A DNA stretch of 64,000 bases from Pseudovirgaria hyperparasitica (Eukaryota), in assembly GCA_010093815.1 (NCBI GenBank), contig ML996569.1; one strand, written 5' to 3'. Shown one piece after another: positions 62,382 to 64,000 of the stretch (position 1 is the first letter of the stretch; each line of letters starts with the position of its first letter). The translations under genes and the position numbers were made by a program. The notes beneath the pieces are model-generated. The model made no database searches. It was given only the letters and a program-made list of their open reading frames with translations, and was not told the DNA's origin.

Positions 62382-63013
62382 GACGGGAGTTCTGGAGAAG
62401 AATCTTGCAGATGTAAACGCACACGAAAGTTCGTGAACAGTTCTGGTGCGTCTCGATATGAAGCCCGACGAAGATATGAGTGGCAGCAAGTGACTTCTGC
62501 AGTTGATCATGGATTTTTCGATATGGAATAGAGATTTCTACGACGCGTAAAGATCTGTTCTCGGATTGTCCGCAGAAGGATGGGGGGTTCAAATGCCGAA
62601 GTGCCCCACCCCCACAGCTTCCCACTGCACGGGCCACGTGTACGAACCAGGGACCACGCGGTTCTCCGGGCGGCAATTGTCTACTTAGGTAGTGTGGCCT
62701 TCGTAGCGAGTGTATTGTTATATTGTGGTATCACCATTCAATACGGGTTCCATCACTTTATTCTCCACAGATTTCCTTTCTAGACGAAGATGCTACAGAG
62801 GCGACTACAAATTCCCGTTGCCCAGACCATTGCACCAACCTGGCTATACGCATCCACATTTTGCCCAGCTACGAAGCACTTTACCGTGCTGTATGTGCTC
62901 CACACAGTTGGAGCTGTCCTGCACTTGTGCTATACTCCATCACTTTGTCAAGTACTCGAACAATCGAGAAGGAGGAAATGCTATTCTTCGGACCGTTCGC
63001 AGAGCGTCTAAGT

Positions 63014-64000
63014 TCATGCCTGCTCTATGGCACTTACAAGAGGCAGACCCCAATAACCAAACAGTTCTTCAATAGATAGTTTATCGGGACAGGCTACGTC
63101 GACAGCGGGGACTGGAGGCTGTGTCTCTTTCATCAGCTTTTCTGTGTCGGGATCCGCTTCGACCGGCTTACTCTTTCCCTTCTTTCCCTTTTTCTTCTTT
63201 GCTTTAGTCGTAGGTTTAACCTCATCCACCGCTTCAGATGCCAAGGCCACTTCCGGGGCAACGTCACAATCTGTAGGAACTTCGCACGTTGTAGGAACTT
63301 CGCACTCTTGAGCTGATTCATACATCTTCTTTCCCTTGTTCGTCTTCTTCTTGGTCGTGGTTATACGACCCCACGCCCACGTATCACCCCAGCCGTCTCC
63401 TTCCTCGCAAGCTTTAGGTTCAACCTCATCCACCGCTTTAGGTGCCAAGGCCACCTCCGGGGCACCGTCATACTCTGTAGGAACTTCGCACTCTAGAGCT
63501 GGCTCATACATCTTCTTTCCCTTGTTCGTCTTCTTCTTGGTCGTGGTTGTACGACCCCACGCCCACGTATCACCCCAGCCGTCTCCTTCCTCGCAAGCTT
63601 TAGGTTCAACCTCATCCACCGCTTCAGGTGCCAAAGCCACCTCTAGAGCAACGTCACGATCTGTAGGAACTTCGCACTCTAGAGCTGGCTCAGACTTGCG
63701 TAGCCATACAGAGTCGTCTGCAGGCCTGGCCGTGCTTGAATGGGACCCTGGTATTGACTCAGGTTCTGGTGCTGGCTCAGGCTCGGGAATTAGCTGAACC
63801 TCCTCAAGGACCAGCTCAGGATCGGAGGTAGGCCCAATATCAGAAATCGCCTCATGAATTGAACCAGGCTCAGGCTCAGAACTGAGTACTGACCTGTTAA
63901 CTGGCTCGTCGACAGTCCCCCAGCACTCTTCAACCCGTGGTTGCCGAGCAGAATCTTCCTCCATGGGGAGATCAGTCTCTCTCACAGGGCTACTCGAAGC
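63014..64000 (-). CDS. 3' part of an acidic/Pro-rich protein with internal 62-aa repeats (gene starts outside the window)
   Basis: Open frame of more than 320 codons with EP-rich tract and repeated EEGDGWGDTWAWG...KKK units; true 3' end may be spliced (GTAAGT at 63037). Confidence 0.7.
   Translation of the reverse strand, partial: ASSSPVRETDLPMEEDSARQPRVEECWGTVDEPVNRSVLSSEPEPGSIHEAISDIGPTSDPELVLEEVQLIPEPEPAPEPESIPGSHSSTARPADDSVWLRKSEPALECEVPTDRDVALEVALAPEAVDEVEPKACEEGDGWGDTWAWGRTTTTKKKTNKGKKMYEPALECEVPTEYDGAPEVALAPKAVDEVEPKACEEGDGWGDTWAWGRITTTKKKTNKGKKMYESAQECEVPTTCEVPTDCDVAPEVALASEAVDEVKPTTKAKKKKGKKGKSKPVEADPDTEKLMKETQPPVPAVDVACPDKLSIEELFGYWGLPLVSAIEQA
63215..63692. repeat. 186-bp tandem repeat (~2.5 copies) within coding sequence
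   Basis: TGTAGGAACTTCGCAC recurs at ~63290, 63476 and 63662 (period 186), plus an 18-bp local duplication at 63271-63306. Confidence 0.9.

Overview
Fungal (filamentous ascomycete) genomic DNA in two sharply separated parts. (1) 1-~35,490 is an AT-rich block of nested retrotransposons heavily mutated in the RIP pattern (TpA excess, CpA/TpG loss, Gln/Trp codons turned into stops). I can resolve three Tad1-like LINE copies and four Ty3/Gypsy families (here called A x2, B, C, D), with LTR pairs and target-site duplications that give the nesting order. (2) ~35,500-64,000 is ordinary gene-dense DNA: dual-specificity phosphatase, Mag1 glycosylase, Cwf18, a PPR protein, Mpp10, Mic12 (spliced, missed by the ORF track), an R3H/SUZ protein, a zinc-knuckle SR-rich protein, two divergent 8-Cys secreted proteins, an aldoxime dehydratase homologue, an FAH-family hydrolase and the repeat-containing 3' end of a further gene. 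Main observation: three different chromodomain Gypsy families (A, B, C) each carry, between the chromodomain and the 3' LTR, an antisense accessory gene whose de-RIPed translation gives a Zn2Cys6-like cysteine pattern; in A and C it has introns, one at the identical position. Also notable: Tf1-type self-priming complementarity in families A, C and D, and an aldoxime dehydratase with Asn in place of the catalytic distal His. All alignments were done by eye, no database searches were run, and element names A-D are my own labels.
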